From positions 96,001 to 160,000 of the forward strand of contig JAVZLQ010000001.1 in assembly GCA_038883655.1 (NCBI GenBank): a stretch of 64,000 nt of DNA, given 5' to 3'. The first letter of the stretch is position 1. Every line of letters starts with the position of its first letter. The DNA comes from Candidatus Bathyarchaeia archaeon. Its GTDB lineage: Archaea > Thermoproteota > Bathyarchaeia > Bathyarchaeales > Bathycorpusculaceae. The position numbers and the translations under genes are program-made. Shown one piece after another: positions 43,073-52,499 of this stretch. A model generated the notes under the pieces. It did no database searches. It saw only the letters and a program-made list of their open reading frames with translations, and was not told where the DNA came from.

Positions 43073-43984
43073 CTTTTCAGCCCTCTCCAATTCGCCCAAA
43101 AGCTCATCCAAACCCTTAAAAGTTTTCGAAGGCAAACCAGCAAGTAACTCCGCCAGCCTTACCTGCTTGCCCTCCGCGATTTCCACAAGCCTCCAACCCA
43201 CCCGCTTAATAAGAACGCTTTTCGCCACTGGATAACGAACCTTGCCTAAAACGCTTTTCACAGAATCCAAGCCAACACCGCCAGCCAACCTCGGAAATCT
43301 GCCCCGTGAAAGGTAATGCGCAAACCGCAAGCCGTCCTCAAACATGGAAAGATTATTAAAAAGCACATAAACCGTCTTCCCGCTAGCCTCAAAGGGTTTA
43401 ACAATTTCCGCCAGCCTCCTCAACTCCGCATCGCTGTACTGGTAATAATAAAGCTCTTCACCCAGACCATGCAACCTAAAATAGGCAATTTGACCAGTAT
43501 AAACGGGCAAAACCCGAAACGGGTCAGTAACATGCACAACATCCAAGCCGCTTAAAACCCTACCAAGCTCCTCACGGACTTCTGGCTTATCCCACTCAGA
43601 ACCGCGAGTTTCCCAAACAAGAACTAAGTCTCCACGGTCAACAGCTTTAAAAAATTTCTCTGCGTCGCCAAGCCTTTCTGGGCGAAAAGAACCAGGTGTC
43701 TGAAACAAAAGCACATTAGCCTTCAAAATTTTGCATATCTGCTTCATCTGCTCAAACGCCTTATGGCAACCCTCATCTAACACCATTTTTGCCTTATGCG
43801 TAATATCCTGATGCGCCTTAACGGTAAACTCAAACACTTCAGGTGCTTTTTCGCGCCAGCCCCTAATAGTCTCCAAACGCGGATAATCATAGAAAGTGCG
43901 GTTCAACTCAACAAGCTTAAACTCTTCAAAATACTTTTTCATGCTAGCCGCGAAACCGCAACACCCAACCTTAATCATACGCAT
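43064..43984 (-). CDS. DUF72 family protein with a C-terminal extension
   Basis: VELNRTFY, FTVKAHQDITH, YFRLHG and VLFNN motifs. Confidence 0.9.
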   Translation of the reverse strand: MRMIKVGCCGFAASMKKYFEEFKLVELNRTFYDYPRLETIRGWREKAPEVFEFTVKAHQDITHKAKMVLDEGCHKAFEQMKQICKILKANVLLFQTPGSFRPERLGDAEKFFKAVDRGDLVLVWETRGSEWDKPEVREELGRVLSGLDVVHVTDPFRVLPVYTGQIAYFRLHGLGEELYYYQYSDAELRRLAEIVKPFEASGKTVYVLFNNLSMFEDGLRFAHYLSRGRFPRLAGGVGLDSVKSVLGKVRYPVAKSVLIKRVGWRLVEIAEGKQVRLAELLAGLPSKTFKGLDELLGELERAEKLG

Positions 43985-43999
43985 TTCACACTTTAAATG

Positions 44000-44779
44000 C
44001 TAAACGCTGATTTTAGGCGGAGCGCGGATAGGCCTACCCAACTTTCTGCGCAATGCAATGCGATAAAGCTTACGAAGAGACTTAACAAGCTGCTCAACGG
44101 TAGGCAAACCAGAATAAATAAGCGGGATGCGGTCGTACTCCGCAAGCCTAACAGAATAATCATCAGGCCTAACGCCGTGGAAAACAACCACACGAGGCTT
44201 TAGGCTGCTCAAACGCACAATCATCATAGGCGAACACTCACCACCAATATTCGTGAAAACTAAGGCTCTCTCCGTCGTAACGCCCAAAAGCTGAGAATAC
44301 TCAAAACCAGAAAGCGTCTCAACCGCTTTACGCCCATCAACAACCGTGTAGCCATTAACCTCCTTAACAAATAGGCTTGAGCAGGCAACAACCTCGCCTT
44401 TAATGGCTTTACACAAATACTCGACGCGTACTGGAATGGGGAACTCACGCAAATCAATGACCGCCACGCTTGGCGAACTCGTCAACTTGGCAAACTCGCG
44501 AATAAAACGCCCGCCGCGCTCCTCATCAATCTTCAACAAAGCCCAGACAAAACGTCTAATAAACCGCGTTCCAGGACTCTGGCGTCTACCACTCTCGTAA
44601 TCGCTGATGACAGAAGAGGATATGACCATCTTGTCCGAGAGGGTTGTCTGCGAAACAGCGAATAACTCACGCCACTTACGCATTGTTGCGCCAGGCTTAC
44701 TTGAGAGGATTATCTCACCAGCAATTCGCCTGGCAAGAACCTCGCGAACGCTTGGAGACGCTGACATGCATTCCGCCAA
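44000..44779 (-). CDS. XRE-type HTH transcriptional regulator (archaeal COG1709-like)
   Basis: RIAGEIILS, RKWRELF and SVISDYESGRR motifs. Confidence 0.85.
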   Translation of the reverse strand: MAECMSASPSVREVLARRIAGEIILSSKPGATMRKWRELFAVSQTTLSDKMVISSSVISDYESGRRQSPGTRFIRRFVWALLKIDEERGGRFIREFAKLTSSPSVAVIDLREFPIPVRVEYLCKAIKGEVVACSSLFVKEVNGYTVVDGRKAVETLSGFEYSQLLGVTTERALVFTNIGGECSPMMIVRLSSLKPRVVVFHGVRPDDYSVRLAEYDRIPLIYSGLPTVEQLVKSLRKLYRIALRRKLGRPIRAPPKISV

Positions 44780-45015
44780 GAGTCTCCCTTAAACATGCAA
44801 GTATAAAACTGTACCGCTTTCTAGACGATAAGTGCATAATCCTTATATTTTGGAACGTCGTATGAGTTGGAGACCTTAGATGCGCCCACAAATAACGAAA
44901 ACGAAAAATTCCTTTATGCATTTGGTTACTGGGCGCTTTATTAAAAGGCAAATTATGTATTGAGCGCCCGTAGAACCGCGTTTTGTCTATAGGTTTCCGG
45001 GCTAGGTGATGTAAA

Positions 45016-45774
45016 ATGGCTGTAGAAAACAACTTGTCCATCGTCCACTTGTCTGACATCCACGCTGGCGCGAAGTTGGAGCGGGATATGCTAGAGAGGG
45101 CTATTGATGAGATAAACGAGTTAAACCCAGACTTGATTGTTGTTACTGGCGACTTAACAGAGGATGGACTGCTTGAAGAATTCCAAGAAGTACATCAGCA
45201 TCTTCAAAGGCTAAAGTGCAAGCGTCTTGTTGTTGGAAGTGGAAATCACGACGCTAGAAACACTGGATATAGGCTTTTCCCGCGTTTCTTTGGCAAGCCA
45301 TGGTCCGTAACGGAAATTGGCGATGTTGTACTCATAATGTTGGATTCCTCCCGACCAGACCAAGATGACGGTGAGGTTGGTTATCGCCAGAGACTCTGGC
45401 TAAGAGAGTGCCTAGAAAAATATCATGACAAATTTAAGGTTGTGGCTATGCACCACCACCTCTTGCCAGCGCCGGACACTGGCATGGAGAAGAACATGAT
45501 AGTGGATGCTGGAGACGTGCTTTGGACACTGGTCTCGCATGGCGTAAACCTAGTCTTGTGTGGTCATCGTCACCGCCCGTGGGTTTGGAAGCTTGGAGGC
45601 TTATCCATCGTTTATGCTGGAGCAGTTTCCACAAGCAGGCTTAGGGGCTTCTACCAAAACTCTTACAACATCATTAAGATTGAAGATGGCAAAGTTGACG
45701 TCGACCTAAAAATAGTTGGCGGCGGCGAATACGTTTTTGAGCCGAACGTCATCAAGACTTTGCAGACTGTTTAG
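45016..45774 (+). CDS. Calcineurin-like metallophosphoesterase (Icc/CpdA-like)
   Basis: SDIH, TGDLT, GNHD, MHHH and GHRH motifs. Confidence 0.92.
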   Translation: MAVENNLSIVHLSDIHAGAKLERDMLERAIDEINELNPDLIVVTGDLTEDGLLEEFQEVHQHLQRLKCKRLVVGSGNHDARNTGYRLFPRFFGKPWSVTEIGDVVLIMLDSSRPDQDDGEVGYRQRLWLRECLEKYHDKFKVVAMHHHLLPAPDTGMEKNMIVDAGDVLWTLVSHGVNLVLCGHRHRPWVWKLGGLSIVYAGAVSTSRLRGFYQNSYNIIKIEDGKVDVDLKIVGGGEYVFEPNVIKTLQTV

Positions 45775-45814
45775 CGGTTAAAGTGCATGTTTGAAAGAAA
45801 GAGAAAAAGGGATA

Positions 45815-46915
45815 TTATAGTATTGATTCTTTGTTTAGCGGAAAGGCTGTTGTTGCTCTTATGTCGTCTGTTCCTAAAACGAATTGTGTTACTCTGTTTA
45901 GTCCTATGCCGCATCCAGAATGTAGAGGTCGCGGTTCCTTATAGAATTCTAGGAACCATCTAAAGTCTTCTATGCTTCCGCCTTTTGCGACAAGCTGCTT
46001 GAACATCATAGAGTTTATGAGGCGTTCATAGAGCTTCTCATACCTATATTCGCGTTCTGCTGCGCCGACGGCTTCTCCGCTCATTGGCAGTAGCAAGTCT
46101 GCGCTGTTGACTATTGCTGGGTTTTCGTCATTTTCCCGCATGTTGAAGAACTTTATGGCTTTCGGGAAATGCGTCACAAAAAGCGGTTGGTTTCCATGCA
46201 TCTGAACGAGCAGTTTTTCATGGTGGCTTTTGAGGTCGTCACCCCACTGTACGCCATATTCGGCTAGAAGCCCAACGGCTTCTGTGTATGTTATCCTCTG
46301 GAATGGTCTTTTAATTCGCTTGAGCCTTTCAACGTCAACTTTTAGTAGTTGTAGTTCGCGTTCTCTTTCGTTTAGTGCGCAGTTTATCATGGAGCAAATT
46401 GCGCCTTCTATGTGCTTTAGCAGTTCTTCGAAGTTGCCTGCGAACTCCAGTTCGATTAGAGTGAACTCGGCTAAGTGGCGCTCGTCAGCCAGCGGTTCTG
46501 CTCTGAAGCTTTGTATTATGCACCAAACTTTTCCGAGGAAAGGCGTTAAAGCTTCTAGGTAAAGCTGTCCTGTTTGGCTTAGGTACGCTTTTTGTCCAAA
46601 ATAGTCCAGTTCGAACATTGTTGCTATGTTTTCGCATGCGCCTGTCGCCTTTGTTATATGTGGAACTACGACCTCTGTGAAGTTGTTTTCTTCAAGGTAT
46701 TTTCTTGCCCCTCTTATTAGGCTTGACTCTATTTTTACAACGGCATACATTTCTGGCGTTGAAAGTAGCTTGTGCCTGTCTGTTGTGCTTTTCAGAATGG
46801 AGATGTCCAGCGCTTCTTGTTTTCCTAGAATTTTTTCAATCTCACTTGGATGGGTCTCCAAGACCCACACCAGCAATCCGCATTTTTCAAATATAAAACT
46901 TTTGGTTTTAAGCAA
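45815..46915 (-). CDS. AsnRS-like protein lacking the anticodon domain (archaeal asparagine synthetase A type)
   Basis: GACEN, LSQTGQLYLE, FRAE...RHLAEF and GCGIGLNR; no OB fold. The true start is probably near 46862. Confidence 0.8.
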   Translation of the reverse strand: MLKTKSFIFEKCGLLVWVLETHPSEIEKILGKQEALDISILKSTTDRHKLLSTPEMYAVVKIESSLIRGARKYLEENNFTEVVVPHITKATGACENIATMFELDYFGQKAYLSQTGQLYLEALTPFLGKVWCIIQSFRAEPLADERHLAEFTLIELEFAGNFEELLKHIEGAICSMINCALNERERELQLLKVDVERLKRIKRPFQRITYTEAVGLLAEYGVQWGDDLKSHHEKLLVQMHGNQPLFVTHFPKAIKFFNMRENDENPAIVNSADLLLPMSGEAVGAAEREYRYEKLYERLINSMMFKQLVAKGGSIEDFRWFLEFYKEPRPLHSGCGIGLNRVTQFVLGTDDIRATTAFPLNKESIL

Positions 46916-46937
46916 ACGCGGGATTAAACCTTCTTTT

Positions 46938-47834
46938 TCACGCCGTGAATATTAAGAAGATTCCAGTTACGATGATAATTGACCCAGCAACGTCTAGTAT
47001 TGTCACTTTTTCATGTAAGAAGATGATTGCTGATAATGTTGAAAATAACGGTGTTGTTGAAGAGATTGGCACAGCTTGTGATTCTGTTGTTTGTGTAAAG
47101 CTGTACGTTAAGAAGAACCATCCTAGCCCTAGAGCTACTAGTCCGCCAAATATGAGTGCGGCAAAAGTTTTCTTTTGCATTTTTATAAAGCCGTGCTCTC
47201 TGTCAATTATCGGCGCCAAAATCAGAAGTGAAGCCGCGATTGCCGTTGTTCTGATGATGTTGATTGCTAGAGCATGCTCTAATTCTGGGTTCTCCCTAAC
47301 GGCCATGTTAATCATTGCTATACTTATTGACCAAAATATTGCTGTTAAAAGTGCAGAGGCAACACCAATGATTAACGTTCTTTTTTCCGAAACTTTAACA
47401 CCTTCTTTTCCTTTTTGGCTTAGAAGCCATATCCCAAAAACTATGGCAAAAGCGCCAAGAACTATTGTTAAGGTTATGCTTTCATTTTCAAAGAATGTTG
47501 CCCAGAGAAGATTGAAAAGCGGATAAGTGCATGTTATCGGAACGGCGCGTGCAACACCAACAAGCTTTAGGCTTTTCATGTAAAGCGTATCTCCAAAACC
47601 AAGCCCTATTATACCGCTTATGCACGCCATAACGATTGCTTCAAGGGGCAAGTCCATTAAAACCCAAAACTTGCCAACAGCAAATGTAAAAGCGATTAGT
47701 ATGGCACTTGTAGATGCTAGACGCACAATGTTTGCTGATATCGGCTTCGTCTTTTCCAACGCTTCTTTATACATGACTGCCGAAACAGTCCAGCTTAAAG
47801 CTGCGCCTAACGCTGCAAGTTCGCCAAACATCAT
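46938..47834 (-). CDS. DMT/EamA family transporter
   Basis: About 10 transmembrane helices in two repeats; GDTLY and PLFS..LHEK motifs. Confidence 0.9.
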   Translation of the reverse strand: MMFGELAALGAALSWTVSAVMYKEALEKTKPISANIVRLASTSAILIAFTFAVGKFWVLMDLPLEAIVMACISGIIGLGFGDTLYMKSLKLVGVARAVPITCTYPLFNLLWATFFENESITLTIVLGAFAIVFGIWLLSQKGKEGVKVSEKRTLIIGVASALLTAIFWSISIAMINMAVRENPELEHALAINIIRTTAIAASLLILAPIIDREHGFIKMQKKTFAALIFGGLVALGLGWFFLTYSFTQTTESQAVPISSTTPLFSTLSAIIFLHEKVTILDVAGSIIIVTGIFLIFTA

Positions 47835-47926
47835 CTCACGCCATTAACATCTAAACTTCATAAGAGTTTCGTCTATGGCTGTTAAATATCTAACGCAAAC
47901 ATAAATCAGAAAAGGAAGGCAAGCAA

Positions 47927-48622
47927 ATGCAGATCGAAATCAAATGGGATTCGCGTGTTTTAGCAGAGTTCCCCGAACTCGCCATCTGCATAGGCACAAT
48001 AAAAAATGTGCGTATAGAAAGGGATAACGAGCAGATTCAAAGACTTAGGAAAATCGTTTACGACGAGGTTAGAAGCAAATATAAAATTGAAACGCTTAAG
48101 GACAACCCGACAGTGCGAGCCTACAGAGACTTCTACTGGAAACTCGATATAGACCCAACAAAAACGAGGCCCTCTGGCGAAGCCTTGTTACGCAGAGTTT
48201 TACATGGAGATGAGCTTCCCCGCATATCCACGGTTGTTGACGCCTACAACTTGGCTTCTATGCAAACAATAATTCCAATAAGCGGCTTCGACAAAGACTG
48301 TCTGAAACCGCCTTTTCATGTGCGTTTTGCGAGGAATGGCGAAACGTTTACGGGTATAGGCATGGCAAAACCCATAAGCCTAACCGAAAAAATGCTTGTC
48401 TTGGCTGATGAAAGACAGGTCTTGTGTGTTTACCCATACCGCGACTGCGACAGCACAAAGATTACGGTGCAGACGCGAAACGTGCTGGTAGTGGCTTATG
48501 GCGCCCCAGAAATAAGCATAGAACTACTTAAAAACGCCACAGAAACCACACTATCCTATATCAAGCAAGTGGCTGGAGGAGAAATAGAGGCAATAAAGGT
48601 TTTTAGCGCCGCAACCAAATAG
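47927..48622 (+). CDS. B3/4 domain protein (PheRS-beta-related, trans-editing)
   Basis: IDPTKTRPSGEALLRR, VVDAYN and YPYRD motifs. Confidence 0.9.
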   Translation: MQIEIKWDSRVLAEFPELAICIGTIKNVRIERDNEQIQRLRKIVYDEVRSKYKIETLKDNPTVRAYRDFYWKLDIDPTKTRPSGEALLRRVLHGDELPRISTVVDAYNLASMQTIIPISGFDKDCLKPPFHVRFARNGETFTGIGMAKPISLTEKMLVLADERQVLCVYPYRDCDSTKITVQTRNVLVVAYGAPEISIELLKNATETTLSYIKQVAGGEIEAIKVFSAATK

Positions 48623-48638
48623 ACATTGGTGCTTTAGC

Positions 48639-49433
48639 ATGAGTTTTCACGTTAAAATGGAAAAGGCGGCGCAAGCTAAAGGCTCAAACATTGTTTTGGC
48701 TTTGGACTTTCCCTTCGAAAAACCAGAAAACCGCGAAAGACTTTTCCGCAAAGCAGAAAGCGTACTCGAGGCTGTTCATCCGTATATTTGCGCCGTGAAA
48801 ATCAACCACCACCTCGTCCTTCCATTAGGCTTGTTTGACGGCGTCAAAAAACTTGTTGATAAAGCCCATAGTTTAGGACTTGCAACGATAATGGACTGTA
48901 AGGCTAATGACATAGGTTCAACAAACCAGATAATCGCCGAATACTATTACGCTGCTGGCTTTGACGCCTTAATTGCCAATCCCTTTGTCGGGTGGGAAGA
49001 GGGCGTAAAACCAATTTTTGATGCAGCGCAGAGGCTTGGGCGCGGCGTTATCCTGCTGGCTTATATGAGCCACAAAGGCGCAAGTGAAGGCTATGGACAA
49101 ATCGTAATCAATCCAGAGACCAATAAGAAAACTCCGCAATACGTCTTGTTCGCAAATAAAGCACTTACATGGAAGGCGGACGGTGTAGTCGTAGGCGCAA
49201 CTTACCCCGAAAAGATAAAAGAAATACGCCAAATAATTGGCGAAAAAATCCCGATATACTCGCCTGGAATCGGCGCCCAAGGAGGAGAAATAAAAACTGC
49301 GTTAGAGGCTGGTGCACGTTATCTCATTGTTGGACGGGCAATAACACACGCCGAGGAGCCTTCAAAAGTGGCAAAGGATATTAAAGATTCAGTGAACAAA
49401 ATCATGTTAAATCTCAAATTCCAATCTCCCTAA
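48639..49433 (+). CDS. pyrF: Orotidine-5'-phosphate decarboxylase
   Basis: LALD, DCKANDIGST, VGAT, PGIGAQGG and IVGRAI motifs. Confidence 0.95.
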   Translation: MSFHVKMEKAAQAKGSNIVLALDFPFEKPENRERLFRKAESVLEAVHPYICAVKINHHLVLPLGLFDGVKKLVDKAHSLGLATIMDCKANDIGSTNQIIAEYYYAAGFDALIANPFVGWEEGVKPIFDAAQRLGRGVILLAYMSHKGASEGYGQIVINPETNKKTPQYVLFANKALTWKADGVVVGATYPEKIKEIRQIIGEKIPIYSPGIGAQGGEIKTALEAGARYLIVGRAITHAEEPSKVAKDIKDSVNKIMLNLKFQSP

Positions 49434-50346
49434 AAACTTCTCGGCTTTGTTCCATCCACCCAAATTTGGGAAGCTGTTTTATCAGACTTTTCATTTTGGG
49501 GTTCAGTTGCAACGCTTTTTTAAAGGCGTTTATTGCTTCTTGCTTTTCTCCAAGTCTTAAATACACTATGCCCAAATCCACGTATACATCGTCAACATTT
49601 GGGTTCAGCGAAGCCGCCTTCAGCAGAACCGCTAAAGAGGCTTCTAAATCACCTTTCGCCATTTTTTCTTCACCTTCGTCAATTAAGGAGTAAACACGAT
49701 GTAAAACAAGCAAACGCTTTAGCTCTGCAATCGGATCGGGATGGTCTTCAACGCGTAAGTCAATGTAACGGTCACCATAACCTGTACGTCCGCAATTCTT
49801 TCTAACAACAAGTAAGGCGGCAGATTGCCTTCCTCTAGCGTCGCCTCCAGCCTCTTCTCCACCTTCTAATGCGGCAACTAGTTTATCAGCTAAATCTCCA
49901 CTGGCTGCTTCGAACTTTTGCGCCATCCTTATTACTACGTCCTCGCTTGTTAAGATGTTTCCTTGAACTGCATAGTTTTTGCCAACTTTGCTTCCAGCCC
50001 ATTCTAGACAGTTCTTTCCCGTGAAGGCGCATGCATTACCTTTAGCATCCACGATTCCAACTTGTCGAAACTCTTTTGCTTCATCGCCTCTTGTAAGTTC
50101 GTCTATTACTTCTTCAACTGTTAAACCTTGTTTAAGAAGCTGTAAACCGCGAGGTCCATAAGAAACGTTAACAAAAGATTGAGTTGCGATTGCCCCAACA
50201 TCTGCTTCTGCCCATGGAACAACAGAGCCAACAGAAAAGTAACGTGATTGCACGGCAACCCCCAGATCTCTGGTGGATGGCTCGAAGGCTACTATGGAAA
50301 AAGTTGATGCCAAATAGCATTTTTTAGGAACAGTATACACTTTCAC
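49414..50346 (-). CDS. DUF1028 (Ntn-hydrolase-like) protein with C-terminal TPRs
   Basis: TFSIVA, GAIATQ, GGDARGRQSAA and DLRVEDH motifs; TPR helices. Confidence 0.88.
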   Translation of the reverse strand: MKVYTVPKKCYLASTFSIVAFEPSTRDLGVAVQSRYFSVGSVVPWAEADVGAIATQSFVNVSYGPRGLQLLKQGLTVEEVIDELTRGDEAKEFRQVGIVDAKGNACAFTGKNCLEWAGSKVGKNYAVQGNILTSEDVVIRMAQKFEAASGDLADKLVAALEGGEEAGGDARGRQSAALLVVRKNCGRTGYGDRYIDLRVEDHPDPIAELKRLLVLHRVYSLIDEGEEKMAKGDLEASLAVLLKAASLNPNVDDVYVDLGIVYLRLGEKQEAINAFKKALQLNPKMKSLIKQLPKFGWMEQSREVFREIGI

Positions 50347-50380
50347 GAGTTAATCCCTCTGCTTCTGCTGTGGTTAAATG

Positions 50381-50533
50381 CTATCTTCCTTTTCTTTCCC
50401 ACAATTCTTTCTTTAACAAATCCCTAACTGCCGAACGTATGGCTGCACTTCTGCTTGGGTACATGTTCGCCCTAACAAGCTCATCTAAACCTTCTAAGTA
50501 TGCTTCGGGTAACAGTACAGTTACAATTTTCAT
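50381..50533 (-). CDS. Ribbon-helix-helix (CopG/CdrS-like) transcription factor, 50 aa
   Basis: Below the ORF-track cutoff. Hand translation MKIVTVLLPEAYLEGLDELVRANMYPSRSAAIRSAVRDLLKKELWERKGR; GGAG ribosome-binding site upstream. Confidence 0.9.
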   Translation of the reverse strand: MKIVTVLLPEAYLEGLDELVRANMYPSRSAAIRSAVRDLLKKELWERKGR

Positions 50534-50544
50534 TTTCTCCACTC

Positions 50545-50568
50545 CACATATTATGTTTATAATATGTG
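50545..50568. promoter_or_regulatory. Perfect palindrome, putative operator
   Basis: CACATATTAT-GTTT-ATAATATGTG between a TATA-like element and the RHH start codon. Confidence 0.6.
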
Positions 50569-50579
50569 CAAATATAAGT

Positions 50580-50927
50580 TTAAATGAATCTTCCGGTTAT
50601 TTGTTCGTCCAATGTTTGGAGTTCTTTCATGATTGTTTTGAAGGTTGTCGGTATATCCTCTACGTGTAGGGTGCGGCGGCGAATTCCTTCTTGAACAGTA
50701 CCAGTCGCTATTAACAAGCTGCCGAGGATATCGCTTACAAAGGGTTCTGGAAAAACCAGTAGGGCTACACCTAGCTTGATAAGCCATGGCTTGCTTCCAT
50801 TATTCCATAGCTTTTTAGTAGCCTTAACGGTCTTCAATGTTCCGTTTAAAGATTGGAGAAAGTCAGCATAGCTTTCACTAAGCTCGGTTAACGCGTTAGC
50901 CACGGCTTTTGACTCATCCAACTTCAA
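50580..50927 (-). CDS. Hypothetical protein with one hydrophobic segment
   Basis: 115 aa, LGVALLVFPEPFVSDILG; GGAGG upstream. Confidence 0.65.
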   Translation of the reverse strand: MKLDESKAVANALTELSESYADFLQSLNGTLKTVKATKKLWNNGSKPWLIKLGVALLVFPEPFVSDILGSLLIATGTVQEGIRRRTLHVEDIPTTFKTIMKELQTLDEQITGRFI

Positions 50928-51290
50928 AGCGAGAACCCTCCCAAACTTCTAAAGCTTAGGAAAAGCAAAAGCATAGAAAAGCTTTAACTGCTAAGAAAAG
51001 GGACTTTTGCGCGGCGTTTAGGAGCGAAGAAGAAACTTTTTTAAAATTACATTTCAAACGCGGCAGCATCCCAATAGAATTTTAGTGATTTTAAAGTGAA
51101 AATTGTAAAGCAGCGGTTGCGTATTTGACCGAAAATATTATTTCCAAGGCTAAATAAACCCGTTGTAAAAGCTGGTGGTAATACTTGTTTACCTCGCTTT
51201 CTAGCATGTTCGGTGCGTCCAAAAGCGGTAAATACATAAGCCGCGAGGTGATAACTCAGCTAATCGCTTAAGCCTCTGGAGCGGAAAATC

Positions 51291-52493
51291 ATGGAAAGCT
51301 TTAACCCTGAAAAATTTGTTGAAACACAAATTGCAGAGATAAAAAGGGCTATTGGAAAAGATAAGGCTTTGGTGGCTGTTTCTGGAGGCGTGGACAGCAC
51401 AACATGCGCTGTTCTGACGCATAGGGCTATAGGAAAAAACCTCGTCTGCATAATGCTTGATGACGCCTTTATGCGCGAAGGCGAACCAGAACGCGTGGCT
51501 GAAATACTCTCTAAACCGCCTTTAGAAGTTCCAACAAAAGTTGTCAACGTGCGCGAACACTTCTTAAAGGCTATGAAGGGCTTGAGGGACGCTGAGGAAA
51601 AGCGCAAAATGTTCCGCGACACGTTCTATCAAGTTCTAGGTGAAACAGCAAAAAACGAGGGCTGCAAAGTCCTTGTGCAAGGCACAATACGCGCGGACAT
51701 AATCGAAACAGTAAGCGGCATAAAAACACAGCACAACGTTCTGGAGCAGATGGGAATAAACCCGATGGAAAAGTACGGCTTCAAAATTGTTGAGCCACTT
51801 TTAAGCCTTTATAAATGGCAAGTACGCTTGGTTGCAAAGCATCTGGGTTTGCCGCCAGAAATTTCTGAACGCCAACCATTCCCTGGTCCAGGCTTGTCGG
51901 TTCGTGTTGTGGGCGAAATTCGTTCAGATAAACTTGAAACTTTGAAGAAAGCCACTGCGGTTGTTGAGCGCGAACTTGCGGCACATAATCCCAGTCAGTA
52001 TTTTGCAGTAATAATTGATAATGAGTCTTCTGAAGCGCCTTCTGGCATCCTTCACGTACAGGAGACTGTGGCGCGTTTTCTTAATGTTCCATCAAGAAAC
52101 GTTGCTGTGAAGATTTTCAAGGACAAAGCTACTGGTATAGAAGGCGGAAAGCGGCGTTACGGCGAGATTGTTGGCATAACAGTTCAAACAGCCAGTGGGC
52201 AGGTTCACCAAACAACAATCCAGAACATGGTTGCGCTTCAGAAGAAACTAATCACAGAAAACCCCAAGATTGCGAGAGTATTCTACGCTGTTCGGGACTT
52301 GCTAGCGAAAAAGCCTTATGTTGTTGGCATAAGGGCTGTCCAAACAAGAGATTTCTTAACAGCGGAAGTTTCGGAAATTCCGTGGGCTACCCTTGACAAA
52401 GCCGCGGAAAAGGTTTTAAACGAATGTGCCAATGTGGCCGCTGTTTATTATGATGTTACGCCTAAGCCTCCCGCAACAATAGAGATGGAGTAA
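51291..52493 (+). CDS. guaAB: GMP synthase ATP-pyrophosphatase subunit (long form)
   Basis: SGGVDS, QGTI, RQPFPGPGL and YDVTPKPPATIEME motifs. Confidence 0.92.
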   Translation: MESFNPEKFVETQIAEIKRAIGKDKALVAVSGGVDSTTCAVLTHRAIGKNLVCIMLDDAFMREGEPERVAEILSKPPLEVPTKVVNVREHFLKAMKGLRDAEEKRKMFRDTFYQVLGETAKNEGCKVLVQGTIRADIIETVSGIKTQHNVLEQMGINPMEKYGFKIVEPLLSLYKWQVRLVAKHLGLPPEISERQPFPGPGLSVRVVGEIRSDKLETLKKATAVVERELAAHNPSQYFAVIIDNESSEAPSGILHVQETVARFLNVPSRNVAVKIFKDKATGIEGGKRRYGEIVGITVQTASGQVHQTTIQNMVALQKKLITENPKIARVFYAVRDLLAKKPYVVGIRAVQTRDFLTAEVSEIPWATLDKAAEKVLNECANVAAVYYDVTPKPPATIEME

Positions 52494-52499
52494 AAGTCA

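Noticed and set aside
44966-45002. SECIS-like hairpin
   Set aside because: No neighbouring gene has an in-frame UGA; kept only as a generic structured leader.
51185-51290. Possible purine riboswitch or 28-codon uORF before guaAB
   Set aside because: The CCGC-GAGG/CCTC-GCGG pairing is short, overlaps a likely TATA region and does not resemble a riboswitch I recognise.
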